This document shows, in pieces, positions 1 to 9,121 of a stretch of DNA of 64,000 bases. Each line of letters opens with the position of its first letter. The stretch's first letter is position 1. Source of the stretch: an uncultured Acidimicrobiales bacterium. GTDB taxonomy: Bacteria > Actinomycetota > Geothermincolia > Fen-727 > Anoxymicrobiaceae. A program made the position numbers and the translations under genes. The notes under the pieces are model-generated. The model did no database searches, had not been told where the DNA came from, and was given only the letters and a program-made list of their open reading frames with translations. The stretch is taken from positions 7,022 to 71,021 of the forward strand of contig CAZEJS010000010.1 of the NCBI GenBank assembly GCA_964512645.1, read 5' to 3'.

Positions 1-1140
1 GAGGAAGGTTTCCTGTCCGGAGAAGTCGAGCGGCAGGCATTCTTCGCCGCAGACGAAGCCGACGTGATCATCATGTTGGCGGACGTCAAGACCGGTGTTA
101 CGGAGGACGACCTCTGGCTGGGGCGCAGGCTCAAGCGGTTGAGGAAAGAGGTCGTACTGGTCGTCAACAAGGTTGACAACGCCGAGCTCGAATATGAAGC
201 CACGGCTTTCTACGAGCTGGGGCTCGGCCGGCCGGTTACGGTCTCCGCGCAGCACGGGCTGGGAGTGGGTGACCTGCTCGACCGGGTCGTGGAGCTCCTG
301 CCCGAGGGCGACGCCGAGCCGGAGACGGCCGAGGTGGCCGTCGCGGTAGTGGGGCGCCCGAACGTCGGGAAGTCGTCCATCCTGAACCGCCTCTCCGGCG
401 AGCAGAGGGCGCTTGTCCACGACGAACCCCACACGACCAGGGATACTATCGATACCGTTGTCGAAAGCGGCGGAAGACCGTACCGGCTCCTGGACACGGC
501 CGGCATACGCAAGAAGAGGAGCGGGATGACCGACCTCGAGTACTATTCGTCGGTGAGGACCTTCAGGGCCATCGAGGATTCGGACGTCGTCCTGCTGGTG
601 ATAGACGCCGCCGAAGGTCCCAGCGAGCACGATCAGCGGATCGCCGGGAAGATCGAGGCGCGCGGTCGGGCCTGCGTGATACTCCTGAATAAATGGGACG
701 CAATAGAGGAACGGCACGAAGCCAGGGAAGTGATGGAATCGATAGGCTATAAGTTCCGGTACGCCACACACCTCCCTCTTCTGCGCGTGTCAGCCCTCAC
801 AGGCCGGGGGATGGACAAGGTGCTTCCGCTGGTCGACACGGTTTACGACGAGTGGAACAAGAGGGTGCCGACGCCGGCGCTCAATGATTTCCTCGCCCTG
901 GCGAAGGAAAAGGCCGCGCCTCCCAGGAAAGGCTCCAGGCAGTTGAAACTGTACTACGCGACGCAGGCCGGAACGGCACCACCGACGGTCGTGATATTCG
1001 TGAACGACGCCGGCCTTGTAAAGGCGGATTACCGGAAGTTCCTGGCCAGGCAGCTCAGGGAGGAATACGGGTTCTGGGGCAGCCCACTGCGGGTGCACTT
1101 CAAGACGGCAGGCAGGGACCACCGGGCAGGGCGGGCGTGA
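1..1140 (+). CDS. der: GTPase Der (EngA), 3' portion; the 5' end lies upstream of the window
   Basis: The frame is open from nt 1. The second GTP-binding domain has the P-loop GRPNVGKSS, DTAG and NKWD motifs, followed by a KH-like C-terminal domain. Confidence 0.9.
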   Translation, partial: EEGFLSGEVERQAFFAADEADVIIMLADVKTGVTEDDLWLGRRLKRLRKEVVLVVNKVDNAELEYEATAFYELGLGRPVTVSAQHGLGVGDLLDRVVELLPEGDAEPETAEVAVAVVGRPNVGKSSILNRLSGEQRALVHDEPHTTRDTIDTVVESGGRPYRLLDTAGIRKKRSGMTDLEYYSSVRTFRAIEDSDVVLLVIDAAEGPSEHDQRIAGKIEARGRACVILLNKWDAIEERHEAREVMESIGYKFRYATHLPLLRVSALTGRGMDKVLPLVDTVYDEWNKRVPTPALNDFLALAKEKAAPPRKGSRQLKLYYATQAGTAPPTVVIFVNDAGLVKADYRKFLARQLREEYGFWGSPLRVHFKTAGRDHRAGRA

Positions 1141-1154
1141 GCGGGGGGGCTTTT

Positions 1155-1190
1155 GCGGCCGTCGGAGTATGGCCCGGCGAAGCTTTTTTT
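1155..1190 (+). terminator. Possible intrinsic terminator after der
   Basis: Imperfect GC hairpin (GCGGCCG...GGCCCGGCGAAGC) followed by TTTTTTT at 1184-1190. Confidence 0.35.
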
Positions 1191-1266
1191 CCCATCTTCA
1201 AAGGTCGGAACGCACCGGCGGTAGAAAAAAAAGGCTGAAAGGGGCTCGAGAAAGGGGGTGTGGTTC

Positions 1267-1545
1267 GTGACCAAGAAAGAGCTTGCGGACGAAGTGGCGG
1301 AGAAGGTGAACATCTCCAAGAAGGATGCCGCGGCGGCTGTGGACGCGATGCTGGACGGCATCACCAAGGCGCTCAAGAAGGGCCAGAAAGTTCAGCTCGT
1401 CGGCTTCGGCACCTTCGAGGTGCGCAAGAGGAAGGCCCGCACGGGGATCAACCCGCAGTCCAAGGAGAAGATCAAGATCGCTGCGAGCAAGGCTCCCGCA
1501 TTCAGGCCGGGCAAGGCGCTGAAGGACACCATCGCGAAGAAGTAG
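1267..1545 (+). CDS. hup: DNA-binding protein HU
   Basis: Translation VTKKELAD...GFGTFEVRKRKARTGINPQS..FRPGKALK is a classic HU/IHF fold sequence. GTG start at 1267 is preceded by AAAGGGGG; the ORF track begins at the in-frame GTG 1258. Confidence 0.9.
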   Translation: MTKKELADEVAEKVNISKKDAAAAVDAMLDGITKALKKGQKVQLVGFGTFEVRKRKARTGINPQSKEKIKIAASKAPAFRPGKALKDTIAKK

Positions 1546-1568
1546 TCTGTTCCGAAGAAGCATTTGCG

Positions 1569-1592
1569 CAAAGCCCCCGGCAGGGGGCTTTG
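1569..1592 (+). terminator. Hairpin downstream of hup, likely intrinsic terminator
   Basis: CAAAGCCCCC-GGCA-GGGGGCTTTG forms a 10-bp perfect stem, but the downstream U-tract is weak. Confidence 0.5.
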
Positions 1593-1604
1593 TCGTACCT
1601 TCGA

Positions 1605-1633
1605 TTGCCCGCCGCGACACGCGTTGCTAGAAT
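1605..1633 (+). promoter_or_regulatory. Sigma70-type promoter for tRNA-Pro
   Basis: -35 TTGCCC (1605-1610), 17-nt spacer, -10 TAGAAT (1628-1633), about 16 nt upstream of the tRNA 5' end. Confidence 0.55.
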
Positions 1634-1649
1634 ATCTGTTGTCTCGCGT

Positions 1650-1727
1650 CGGGACGTGGCGCAGTCAGGTTAGCGCACTGGTCTGGGGGACCAGGGGTCG
1701 CCGGTTCAAATCCGGCCGTCCCGACCA
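1650..1727 (+). tRNA. tRNA-Pro (anticodon GGG) with encoded CCA
   Basis: Manual cloverleaf: acceptor CGGGACG/CGTCCCG; D-stem GCGC/GCGC; anticodon stem CTGGT/ACCAG with loop CTGGGGG (U33, GGG, G37); T-stem GCCGG/CCGGC with loop TTCAAAT; discriminator A, then CCA. Confidence 0.85.
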
Positions 1728-1872
1728 TCGAGCCGGGAAGTCCTGCTCGGCAAACCTGCTTCTTTTCCTTCGCGATGATGCGGACGCCCGCCGCACGCGC
1801 ACGCGCGCCGCCCGGGAGGCATCCGGCGCCGCGCAGAACACCTTCCTGATAGGACTCCAGGAACTGGCCATC

Positions 1873-1881
1873 TGTTATAAT
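1873..1881 (+). promoter_or_regulatory. Extended -10 element (TGTTATAAT), candidate pgsA promoter
   Basis: Perfect TGnTATAAT about 140 nt upstream of the pgsA start; the -35 is weak. Confidence 0.35.
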
Positions 1882-2019
1882 TCATGCACTCGGCGCGGAG
1901 TTCGGGGAAAAGGCGGGCCGGCTCCGAAGAGGCTGAATCCGAGATACCGCGCGGCCGCGGCGAAAGAGGCCTGTGCGGCGAACCAAGAGCGCCGTGAACG
2001 CGTTCGTGATGGGAGAGAA

Positions 2020-2667
2020 ATGTCCAACCTTGCAAACGTGGTAACGATGCTCAGGGTGCTGGTTACTCCGTTCTTCGTCGTTTTCATGGTACTTTCGAAC
2101 GCCCGCCCCGGTTGTCGCTGGGTCGCCCTTGTCCTGTTCCTTTTCGGGGCCTTCACGGATTTCGCCGACGGGCAGATCGCCAGGAGGACCGGGACCGTGT
2201 CCCGGCTGGGCGTAACCCTGGACCCGCTCGCGGACAGGGTGTTCATCGGCGCGACGCTGATAACACTTTACGCCCTGAGGATTGTCCCGCTTCTCTTCCT
2301 CGCGGTTGTGCTGGGTCGCGACGTCCTGATGGCCGCCGGATACCCTTTCATCGGAAAGATAGACCCCTCGAGGGTCGCGGTGCACTGGTCCGGCAAGGTA
2401 GCTACCGCCGTTCTTTTCGTGTCCCTCGCACTGTTGGTGATGTCGACGCCCCTGATGTTCGGGCCGAACTCCTACGGGTTCGCCGGAAGCCGTCTCGGCT
2501 TCTCGGGGTATCCGTTCGCGCACCCGTCCACCATTCAGTTCTGGGGGCTCTGGCTGTTCGCTGTGGGGATGTTCTGGTCCGTGTACTCCGGAGTCCTGTA
2601 CGTCAGGAGGGCGCTGGAAGCGGTCAAAGAGGAGGCGGCCGAGTCCGTTGACGGGTCGGCGGCCTGA
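2020..2667 (+). CDS. pgsA: CDP-diacylglycerol--glycerol-3-phosphate 3-phosphatidyltransferase (CDP-alcohol phosphatidyltransferase family)
   Basis: Motif DFADGQIAR...G...D.LAD; multi-TM hydrophobic profile; SD GGGAGAG before ATG 2020. The track ORF 1564.. spuriously spans the tRNA. Confidence 0.85.
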   Translation: MSNLANVVTMLRVLVTPFFVVFMVLSNARPGCRWVALVLFLFGAFTDFADGQIARRTGTVSRLGVTLDPLADRVFIGATLITLYALRIVPLLFLAVVLGRDVLMAAGYPFIGKIDPSRVAVHWSGKVATAVLFVSLALLVMSTPLMFGPNSYGFAGSRLGFSGYPFAHPSTIQFWGLWLFAVGMFWSVYSGVLYVRRALEAVKEEAAESVDGSAA

Positions 2668-2683
2668 GCGGGAGAGGGTGACG

Positions 2684-5209
2684 ATGTCCGGTAACTCGCC
2701 CGACGACGTACAGGTCGTTCTCATGGCGGGCGGGCAGGGCACGAGGCTCCGCCCGCTGACGAGCAACCAGCCGAAACCGATGATATCCGTCGCCAACAAG
2801 CCGCTGATGGAGCATATCATCGAACTCCTCAAGCGCCACGGGCACACCGGAATCGTGGTCACTCTCCAGTTCCTGCCGACGCTCATCTCAAACTACTTCG
2901 GTGACGGCGAGGCCTTCGGTGTCCAGATGAGTTACGTTACCGAGGAGAGCCCGCTGGGCACAGCCGGAAGCGTCAGGAACGCCAGGAGCCTCATCGACCG
3001 CACCTTCATCGTCGTCAGCGGGGACGCGCTCACCGACATAGACCTCACTTCGGCACTGGAGTTCCACCGCAAGTCCGGGGCGATGGTGACGATTGTGCTG
3101 AAGAAGGCTCCCAACCCGCTGGAGTTCGGACTTGTCATCACCGACGAGGAGGGGAGGATAGACAGGTTCCTCGAGAAGCCGGGCTGGGGCGAGGTCTTCT
3201 CCGATACAATCAACACCGGTATCTACATAATAGAGCCGGCGGTCCTGAACCTGATTCCCGACGACCGCCCGTTCGATTTCAGCAAGGACCTCTTCCCCGA
3301 GATGCTGGCCAGCGGCTTCCCCCTGTTCGGTTACGTCGCCGATGGTTACTGGACCGACGTCGGCAACCTCGAGCAGTACCTGACCGCGCACAGGGACATA
3401 CTCGACGGCCTGGTGCGGATCGAAGTACCCGGGCACCGGCTGGAAAACAGCATCTGGGTGGGTGACGGCGTGGAGATAGACGATTCCGTCGCGCTCTCCG
3501 GCCCTCTGCTCATAGGGAACCACGTCAAAATAGAGGCCGGGAGCAAGATAAGAGAGTACTCGGTCCTCGGTAACAACGTCGTTGTCAAGAGAGACAACTT
3601 CCTCCACCGTTCCGTGGTGATGGACAACACATATATCGGCCCCGCATGCCACATACGGGGCAGCGTCATCGGCAGGAACTGCGACATCAAGTCGGGTGTG
3701 CGCATAGACGAGGGTTCGGTGCTGGGTGACGACTGCCTGGTCGGGGACAACGCCATGATCAACCAGGGGGTGCTCGTATTCCCGTTCAAGACCGTCGACT
3801 CCGGGGCTACGGTCAACTCCAGCATTATCTGGGAATCCCGGGGAATGCGGTCGCTGTTCGGAAAACGCGGGGTGTCGGGTCTTATCAACGTTGACATCAC
3901 CCCGGAGAAGGCTGTGCGGCTGGGCATGGCCTACGGCTCCACGCTCCCGGTCAACGCCCAGGTCGTCACCAGCCGTGACGGGACCCGCTCGGCGCGCATC
4001 ATCAAGAGGGCGTTCATGGCAGGGCTGAACGCGACCGGAGTTCACTGCAGGGACCTCGAGGTCGGGGCCGTGCCGGTGAACAGATTCACCGTGGACAGCC
4101 ATAACGACCAGGGGGGCGTCGATACGCGCACGAGCGAGCGCGACCCCCAGTGGATAGACATCAACTTCTTCGATGAAAGCGGCGCCGACCTCGACATCAA
4201 CGCCAGGCGCAACATCGAGCGCGTATACTCGCGCAACGACTTCAGAAGGGCGTTCCTCGACGAACTGGGCGAGATATATTACCCGGCCAGGGCGAGGGAA
4301 GCGTACGTTCGAGCGGTCGAGGAAAGGGTTGATTGCGCCCGCATACAGGAAAGGGCCTTCAAGGTCGTCTTCGACTACGCTTACGGGGCGGCGTCTCTCA
4401 TCATGCCCGGGATCCTCGGCAAGTTCGGATGCGAGGTCATAAGCCTGAACGCCTACACCGACGAAAAGCGGTTGATAACCTCGCGACCGGGGAGGGAAGA
4501 GGTGTTGAAGAGGCTCGGGGAGGTTGTGGTCTCTTTCAACGCGGACATTGGACTTCTCTTTGATAACGGTGCCGAGAGACTGGCGCTGGTCACCGAGAAC
4601 GGCGAAGTCCTCTCCGGAAGCGATCTGCTGGTGACCATGGTCGGCCTGGTGGCCCGCGTGTCCGGAGGCTCGGGCACGATCGCGGTCCCGCTGAACCAGC
4701 CGCACATCATAGATGATATCGCCGCGGGTGCCGGGCTGGACGTCGTACGTACACGCCTCGACAGGTCCAGCATCATGGCGGCCTCACGAGAACCCGGGGT
4801 CATTTTTGCGGGAAGCGGCGACGGCGGTTGCATCTTCCCCGAGTTCATGCCCGTGTACGACGCCATGATGGCATTCGCCAAGCTCAGCGAGATGCTCTCA
4901 CTTACCGGAGAGACCCTTTCGGGTATGAAGGATGCCCTGCCCTCATATTGCCTGATGCGCCGGGAGGTCCTTACCTCCTGGGAGAACAAAGGCACGGTTA
5001 TGCGTCTGCTCCTTGAGAAGCACCAGGGCGCCGGCGTCGATTCCACCGACGGCATCAAGGTCTCCTGGGACGGAGGCGCGCGCTGGGTGCTGGTCGTCCC
5101 CGATCCCGAGGAGCCCGTGCTGCACCTGTACGCCGAGGGGGACGGGGAAACCGACGCCAGGGCCATCCTCGACCGGTACGAAGAAGAGATCAAGGCAGAG
5201 CCTTCCTGA
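2684..5209 (+). CDS. Bifunctional sugar-1-phosphate nucleotidyltransferase (GDP-mannose/NDP-sugar pyrophosphorylase-like, N-terminal) fused to an alpha-D-phosphohexomutase domain (C-terminal)
   Basis: N-terminus has the nucleotidyltransferase signature LMAGGQGTRLRPLT and left-handed beta-helix hexapeptide repeats. The C-terminal domain has FGKRGVSG...DSHND (a variant of TASHNP) and PGM/PMM domains II-IV. SD GGGAGAGGG before ATG 2684. Confidence 0.8.
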   Translation: MSGNSPDDVQVVLMAGGQGTRLRPLTSNQPKPMISVANKPLMEHIIELLKRHGHTGIVVTLQFLPTLISNYFGDGEAFGVQMSYVTEESPLGTAGSVRNARSLIDRTFIVVSGDALTDIDLTSALEFHRKSGAMVTIVLKKAPNPLEFGLVITDEEGRIDRFLEKPGWGEVFSDTINTGIYIIEPAVLNLIPDDRPFDFSKDLFPEMLASGFPLFGYVADGYWTDVGNLEQYLTAHRDILDGLVRIEVPGHRLENSIWVGDGVEIDDSVALSGPLLIGNHVKIEAGSKIREYSVLGNNVVVKRDNFLHRSVVMDNTYIGPACHIRGSVIGRNCDIKSGVRIDEGSVLGDDCLVGDNAMINQGVLVFPFKTVDSGATVNSSIIWESRGMRSLFGKRGVSGLINVDITPEKAVRLGMAYGSTLPVNAQVVTSRDGTRSARIIKRAFMAGLNATGVHCRDLEVGAVPVNRFTVDSHNDQGGVDTRTSERDPQWIDINFFDESGADLDINARRNIERVYSRNDFRRAFLDELGEIYYPARAREAYVRAVEERVDCARIQERAFKVVFDYAYGAASLIMPGILGKFGCEVISLNAYTDEKRLITSRPGREEVLKRLGEVVVSFNADIGLLFDNGAERLALVTENGEVLSGSDLLVTMVGLVARVSGGSGTIAVPLNQPHIIDDIAAGAGLDVVRTRLDRSSIMAASREPGVIFAGSGDGGCIFPEFMPVYDAMMAFAKLSEMLSLTGETLSGMKDALPSYCLMRREVLTSWENKGTVMRLLLEKHQGAGVDSTDGIKVSWDGGARWVLVVPDPEEPVLHLYAEGDGETDARAILDRYEEEIKAEPS

Positions 5210-5292
5210 TCCACGGCGGCCCGCCGGACCCCCCTTAGAAAGGCGCCAGCCCGAGTGCTATACTTTTTCAACGGCTTGCTTTACCCCGAGGA

Positions 5293-6717
5293 GTGGTTGT
5301 GGTGAATGAGATTGCTTTTGGCACCGATGGCTGGCGTTCCACGGTCGACACCGATTTCAACGAAGAGAACGTGAGGATCGTTACTCAGGCCATCTGCAAC
5401 TACCTCTACGAGAAAGAGCTCGCGCAGAAAGGCTGCGTAGTCGCCTACGATACCAGGACGCACTCCGAGGGGTTCTCCGAGATCGTCGCCGACGTGCTTG
5501 TGCGCAACGGCATCGCGGCCTTGAGGATGGAAACGTTCTGCCCTACGCCGCAGGCGGCTTTCGCCGTCAAGCAAGTGGGCGCCGCCGGAGCCATAATGCT
5601 GACCGCGAGCCACAACCCCCCCGCGTATAACGGCATCAAGTTCATACCGCACTATGCCGGACCCGCAACTCCCGACATCACCGACGATATCGAATGGGAG
5701 ATCGGCACTCTCAGGGAGGAAGGAACGACGGAGCCCCCCGTGGAGCGCACCATCGGCCCCTTGAAGAAACTCGACGTCAGCAACGAATACATCAAGCACC
5801 TGCTTACTCTCGTCGAACGATCCGTCATCGAACGCTCGAAGGTCAAGGTGCTGTTCGACCCGATGTACGGGTCGGGACAGAACGTGTTCATGCGAGCGCT
5901 CGCGCACATGGACACTTTTGTCGTGCCCCTCCACTGCTACCTCGACCCGGATTTCGGAGGCCTGCTTCCGGAGCCGACGGAGGCCAACCTCGAGGAGTGC
6001 AAGAAGGCCGTGCTGGACAACCGCACGGACGTCGGCGTGGCGCTGGACGGCGACGCGGACCGTTTCGGCGTTGTCGATTCCCGGGGGGAGTACCTCAGCC
6101 CCAACAAGGCGCTGACACTCATCCTCTGGTACCTCCTGACTTACAAGCCGACAGGGGGGGCGGTAGCCCGTTCTCTGGCGACAACACATATGCTCGATAC
6201 GATAGCCGAGCACAACGGCTGCCGCGTGCTGGAAACCCCCGTGGGGTTCAAGTACATCGGCGAACTGATGCGCGAAAAGATGATCATCCTCGGCGCGGAG
6301 GAGAGCGGCGGCATGAGCGTGGCGGGACACATACCGGAGAAAGACGGGCTGGTGGCGGGACTGATACTCATCGAGATAGCGGCGCGTTTCAAGAAGCCCT
6401 TCTCCGAACTTCTGGACAACATCTACCGGGAGCTGGGCCCCTGTTACGACGAGCGCATCGATATCGAGATCGGAGAAGGCAAGAAGATGGAGCTCATGGA
6501 GACTCTCCGCGACGGCCCCCCGCGCAGGATCGGGGACGAAGACGTCGTAAAGGTTGACTTGAGGGACGGGGTCAAAGTCGTTACCGGGGAAGACTCCTGG
6601 ATACTTGTGCGGGCTTCCGGCACTGAACCCATGGTAAGGGTCTACGTGGAAGCTCGAACGCGCGAGGCTTTCGACAAGGTCAGGAAAACAGCGCTCAAGC
6701 TGGTCAAGGTGAAATGA
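5293..6717 (+). CDS. Phosphoglucomutase/phosphomannomutase (alpha-D-phosphohexomutase)
   Basis: FGTDGWRS and canonical TASHNPPAYNGIKF motifs; GEESGG sugar-binding loop. The start could be any of the GTG codons at 5293, 5299 or 5302. Confidence 0.85.
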   Translation: MVVVNEIAFGTDGWRSTVDTDFNEENVRIVTQAICNYLYEKELAQKGCVVAYDTRTHSEGFSEIVADVLVRNGIAALRMETFCPTPQAAFAVKQVGAAGAIMLTASHNPPAYNGIKFIPHYAGPATPDITDDIEWEIGTLREEGTTEPPVERTIGPLKKLDVSNEYIKHLLTLVERSVIERSKVKVLFDPMYGSGQNVFMRALAHMDTFVVPLHCYLDPDFGGLLPEPTEANLEECKKAVLDNRTDVGVALDGDADRFGVVDSRGEYLSPNKALTLILWYLLTYKPTGGAVARSLATTHMLDTIAEHNGCRVLETPVGFKYIGELMREKMIILGAEESGGMSVAGHIPEKDGLVAGLILIEIAARFKKPFSELLDNIYRELGPCYDERIDIEIGEGKKMELMETLRDGPPRRIGDEDVVKVDLRDGVKVVTGEDSWILVRASGTEPMVRVYVEARTREAFDKVRKTALKLVKVK

Positions 6718-6739
6718 CCCGTCACGAGGAGGGTCCCGG

Positions 6740-7582
6740 ATGGGAAGCCTGAAGCTCTGCTGCGTGGCGCCTCACCCCCCCATACTGGTCCCCGAGGTCG
6801 GGGGGCCCGAGGCCGAAAAGGTCAGCGCCACAGCGCGGGCCCTGCACTCCCTGGCCGACGAGATAGAGGCGCTCGATTTGGACACCGTCGTAATCATGTC
6901 CCCCCACAGTCCCGTGTACGCTGAAGCGTTTGCCGTGAAAGGCGTACCGTCGCTCGGCGGTTCACTCCGGCAGTTCGGCGCGCCGCAGGTTCGCTACGAC
7001 TCCGAGACGGACCTCGAGTTGGCCGGTTCCCTGGTCGAAGCGGCCGCCTCGATGGACGTCCGCTGCGAGATGGTTGGGACGCGCGGATACCGTCATCCGG
7101 ACGTGTCCGATCTGGACCACGGCGTGCTGGTTCCCATGCATTTCCTGGCCCGAAAGAGGTACCCGCTGGTGTGCATATCTCTTTCGATGCTGGATTACCG
7201 CTCCCACTACAAGCTGGGCGTCGCCCTGCGCCGTGCCGTTGAAGAGAGCGGCCGGAACTGCCTATTCGTGGCTTCCGGCGACATGTCCCACCGGCTGCTG
7301 CCGGGCGCCCCGGCAGGCTACGATCCCCTTGGGGCCGATTTCGACGCCGAGATTGTCGAGATACTGTCGAGCGGAGAATTCCGCGGGCTTTTCGAGCTGG
7401 ACGACAGGCTGGTGGACAGGGCGGGTGAGTGCGGCCTCCGGCCGGTCTTCACTCTCGCCGGCGCCGTTGACGGCTACGCCAGGTCCAGCGGCGTGCTTTC
7501 GTACGAAGGGCCGTTCGGGGTAGGTTATCTTGTTGCCAGGGTCAAGCCGGGGGCGCGGGACGCGTCTCTTTCTATCCTTTGA
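6740..7582 (+). CDS. LigB-family (class III extradiol dioxygenase / DODA-YgiD / Memo-like) protein
   Basis: Colinear with YgiD/LigB: APHPP(ILVP), SPHSP, DHGVLVPMHF, VASGDMSHRL. A 4-bp overlap with the downstream AMMECR1 gene. Confidence 0.75.
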   Translation: MGSLKLCCVAPHPPILVPEVGGPEAEKVSATARALHSLADEIEALDLDTVVIMSPHSPVYAEAFAVKGVPSLGGSLRQFGAPQVRYDSETDLELAGSLVEAAASMDVRCEMVGTRGYRHPDVSDLDHGVLVPMHFLARKRYPLVCISLSMLDYRSHYKLGVALRRAVEESGRNCLFVASGDMSHRLLPGAPAGYDPLGADFDAEIVEILSSGEFRGLFELDDRLVDRAGECGLRPVFTLAGAVDGYARSSGVLSYEGPFGVGYLVARVKPGARDASLSIL

Positions 7583-8124
7583 TGAAGGTGGCGGAAAACA
7601 TGGGCGTGGAAAAGGAACCGGCAAGCCCTCACGCCAGGCTGGCACGGAAAGTCGTCGAGGCCTTCGTCAGAGGGGAGGACCCCGCCGGCACGGGCGACCT
7701 CCCCGAGGAGCTCCGAGGGCGCGCCGGTGTTTTCGTCTGCCTCAAGTCCGGCGGTGTGCTGCGGGGGTGCATCGGCACGATAAGTCCCTGTACGCCTTCG
7801 ATCGCCGAGGAGATCAGGGCCAACGCGATATCCAGCGCTTCCAGGGATTTCCGGTTCCCCCCCGTAACCGAGAGCGAACTCGAGGGCCTTTCCTATTCCG
7901 TTGACGTGCTCGGAGAGCCGGAGGACATCCCGGACATCAGCTTCCTCGACCCGTCCCGGTACGGGGTGATCGTGAGATCGGGTTCGCGCACCGGGCTCCT
8001 GCTGCCCGACCTGGAGGGCGTCGACACCCCGGAGGAACAGGTGCGCATCGCTATGCTGAAGGCCGGCATCAGGCATGGAGAGCCCCTCAGGCTGCAGCGG
8101 TTCAAAGTCACCCGCCACGAGTGA
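7579..8124 (+). CDS. AMMECR1 domain protein (AmmeMemoRadiSam system protein A-like)
   Basis: About 180 aa with the AMMECR1 core (CLKSGGVLRGCIGT..SP, GLLLP motif). Confidence 0.8.
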   Translation: MMKVAENMGVEKEPASPHARLARKVVEAFVRGEDPAGTGDLPEELRGRAGVFVCLKSGGVLRGCIGTISPCTPSIAEEIRANAISSASRDFRFPPVTESELEGLSYSVDVLGEPEDIPDISFLDPSRYGVIVRSGSRTGLLLPDLEGVDTPEEQVRIAMLKAGIRHGEPLRLQRFKVTRHE

Positions 8125-8134
8125 GGGATCCCGC

Positions 8135-9121
8135 TTGCAGAGAAAGAGAGAGACTCCCGTCGAGCCCCTGACCCCCATCGCCGCGATCGTCGGACCTACG
8201 GCCGTGGGAAAGACCGCGGTGGCGGTGGAAGTGTGCCGCGAAATCGGAGGCGATGTCATATCCGCCGACGCCATGCAGGTGTACAGGGGAATGGACATTG
8301 GAACCGCGAAACCGTCGGCCCTGGAGCGCCGGGCGGTTTCCTTTCACCTGATCGACGTGGCCGGTGTCAACGAGGCATTCTCGGTGGCCCGCTACAAGGA
8401 ACTCGCCGACCTCGCCGTTTCCGCCGTTGCCGCCCGTGGCCGCCTGCCGGTCCTGAGCGGGGGTTCGGGCCTCTACTACCGGGCGGTCGTGGACGACCTC
8501 GATTTCGCGAACACCGGCGGGGACGAGCGCCGGCGCGCCGTGGCCGAGGTGGAGTTCGGCGACATGGACGACCTCGAGCTTCATGCCCTGCTGTCCGACC
8601 TCGACCCCGGGTCCGCCGAGGCCATACCCCCGGCAAACCGCAGGCGCGTACTGCGTGCCCTTGAAGTCGCCAGGCGGGGAGAGAGGCTGATGTCCGAGAG
8701 GCAGCGCGCCTGGCGGGAGTTCACGTCTCCGTACAAGCTCGCCGTCGCGGGACTGGAAATGGACCGTCCCGCGCTTTACAGGCGAATCGACGAGCGCGTC
8801 GACCGGATGATCGAAGCCGGATTGCTGGCGGAGGTGGAGGCCCTGCGCGACAGGGGGTTACGAAGAGGCTCCACCGCCGGCGAGGCTCTCGCTTACAAAC
8901 AGCTCCTCGAGCACCTGGACGGGGAAAAATCCCTCGAGGAGGCCGTCGACGAGATCAAGCGGCGCACCCGCAACTACGCCAAGAGGCAGATGACATGGTT
9001 CCGGTCGGACCCCAGGGTGCGCTGGTTCGAGGTCGGAGGAGGCGCAGGGGACTCCGGAGACGCGATCGAAAGAACTGCCACGGCCGTACTTGAATATTTC
9101 CGGGATTATCTGGAGAATTGA
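8135..9121 (+). CDS. miaA: tRNA dimethylallyltransferase
   Basis: P-loop GPTAVGKTAVAV, DAMQVYRGMDIGTAKP. Likely TTG start at 8135, after the AMMECR1 stop with SD GAGGGA; the ORF track starts at 8075. Confidence 0.85.
   Translation: MQRKRETPVEPLTPIAAIVGPTAVGKTAVAVEVCREIGGDVISADAMQVYRGMDIGTAKPSALERRAVSFHLIDVAGVNEAFSVARYKELADLAVSAVAARGRLPVLSGGSGLYYRAVVDDLDFANTGGDERRRAVAEVEFGDMDDLELHALLSDLDPGSAEAIPPANRRRVLRALEVARRGERLMSERQRAWREFTSPYKLAVAGLEMDRPALYRRIDERVDRMIEAGLLAEVEALRDRGLRRGSTAGEALAYKQLLEHLDGEKSLEEAVDEIKRRTRNYAKRQMTWFRSDPRVRWFEVGGGAGDSGDAIERTATAVLEYFRDYLEN

Noticed and set aside
1564-2667. 367-aa plus ORF starting at 1564.
   Set aside because: Its 5' part runs through the tRNA-Pro gene and its promoter. 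Only the 3' 216 codons, from ATG 2020 with a good SD, match the CDP-alcohol phosphatidyltransferase.
2888-4705. 605-aa minus-strand ORF, together with many other long ORFs that lie antisense to confident genes. Examples are 9106-11136, 13263-15641, 17425-18726, 19569-21020, 19964-21412, 22628-23917, 23262-24221, 25255-26766, 26601-28073, 29086-30570, 29426-30427, 33190-35472, 40656-42065, 48130-49587, 52306-53424, 56405-57916 and 57369-59600.
   Set aside because: These are typical high-GC shadow ORFs. Their translations are Arg/Pro/Gly-rich and low-complexity. They overlap, in antisense, genes that have clear conserved motifs.
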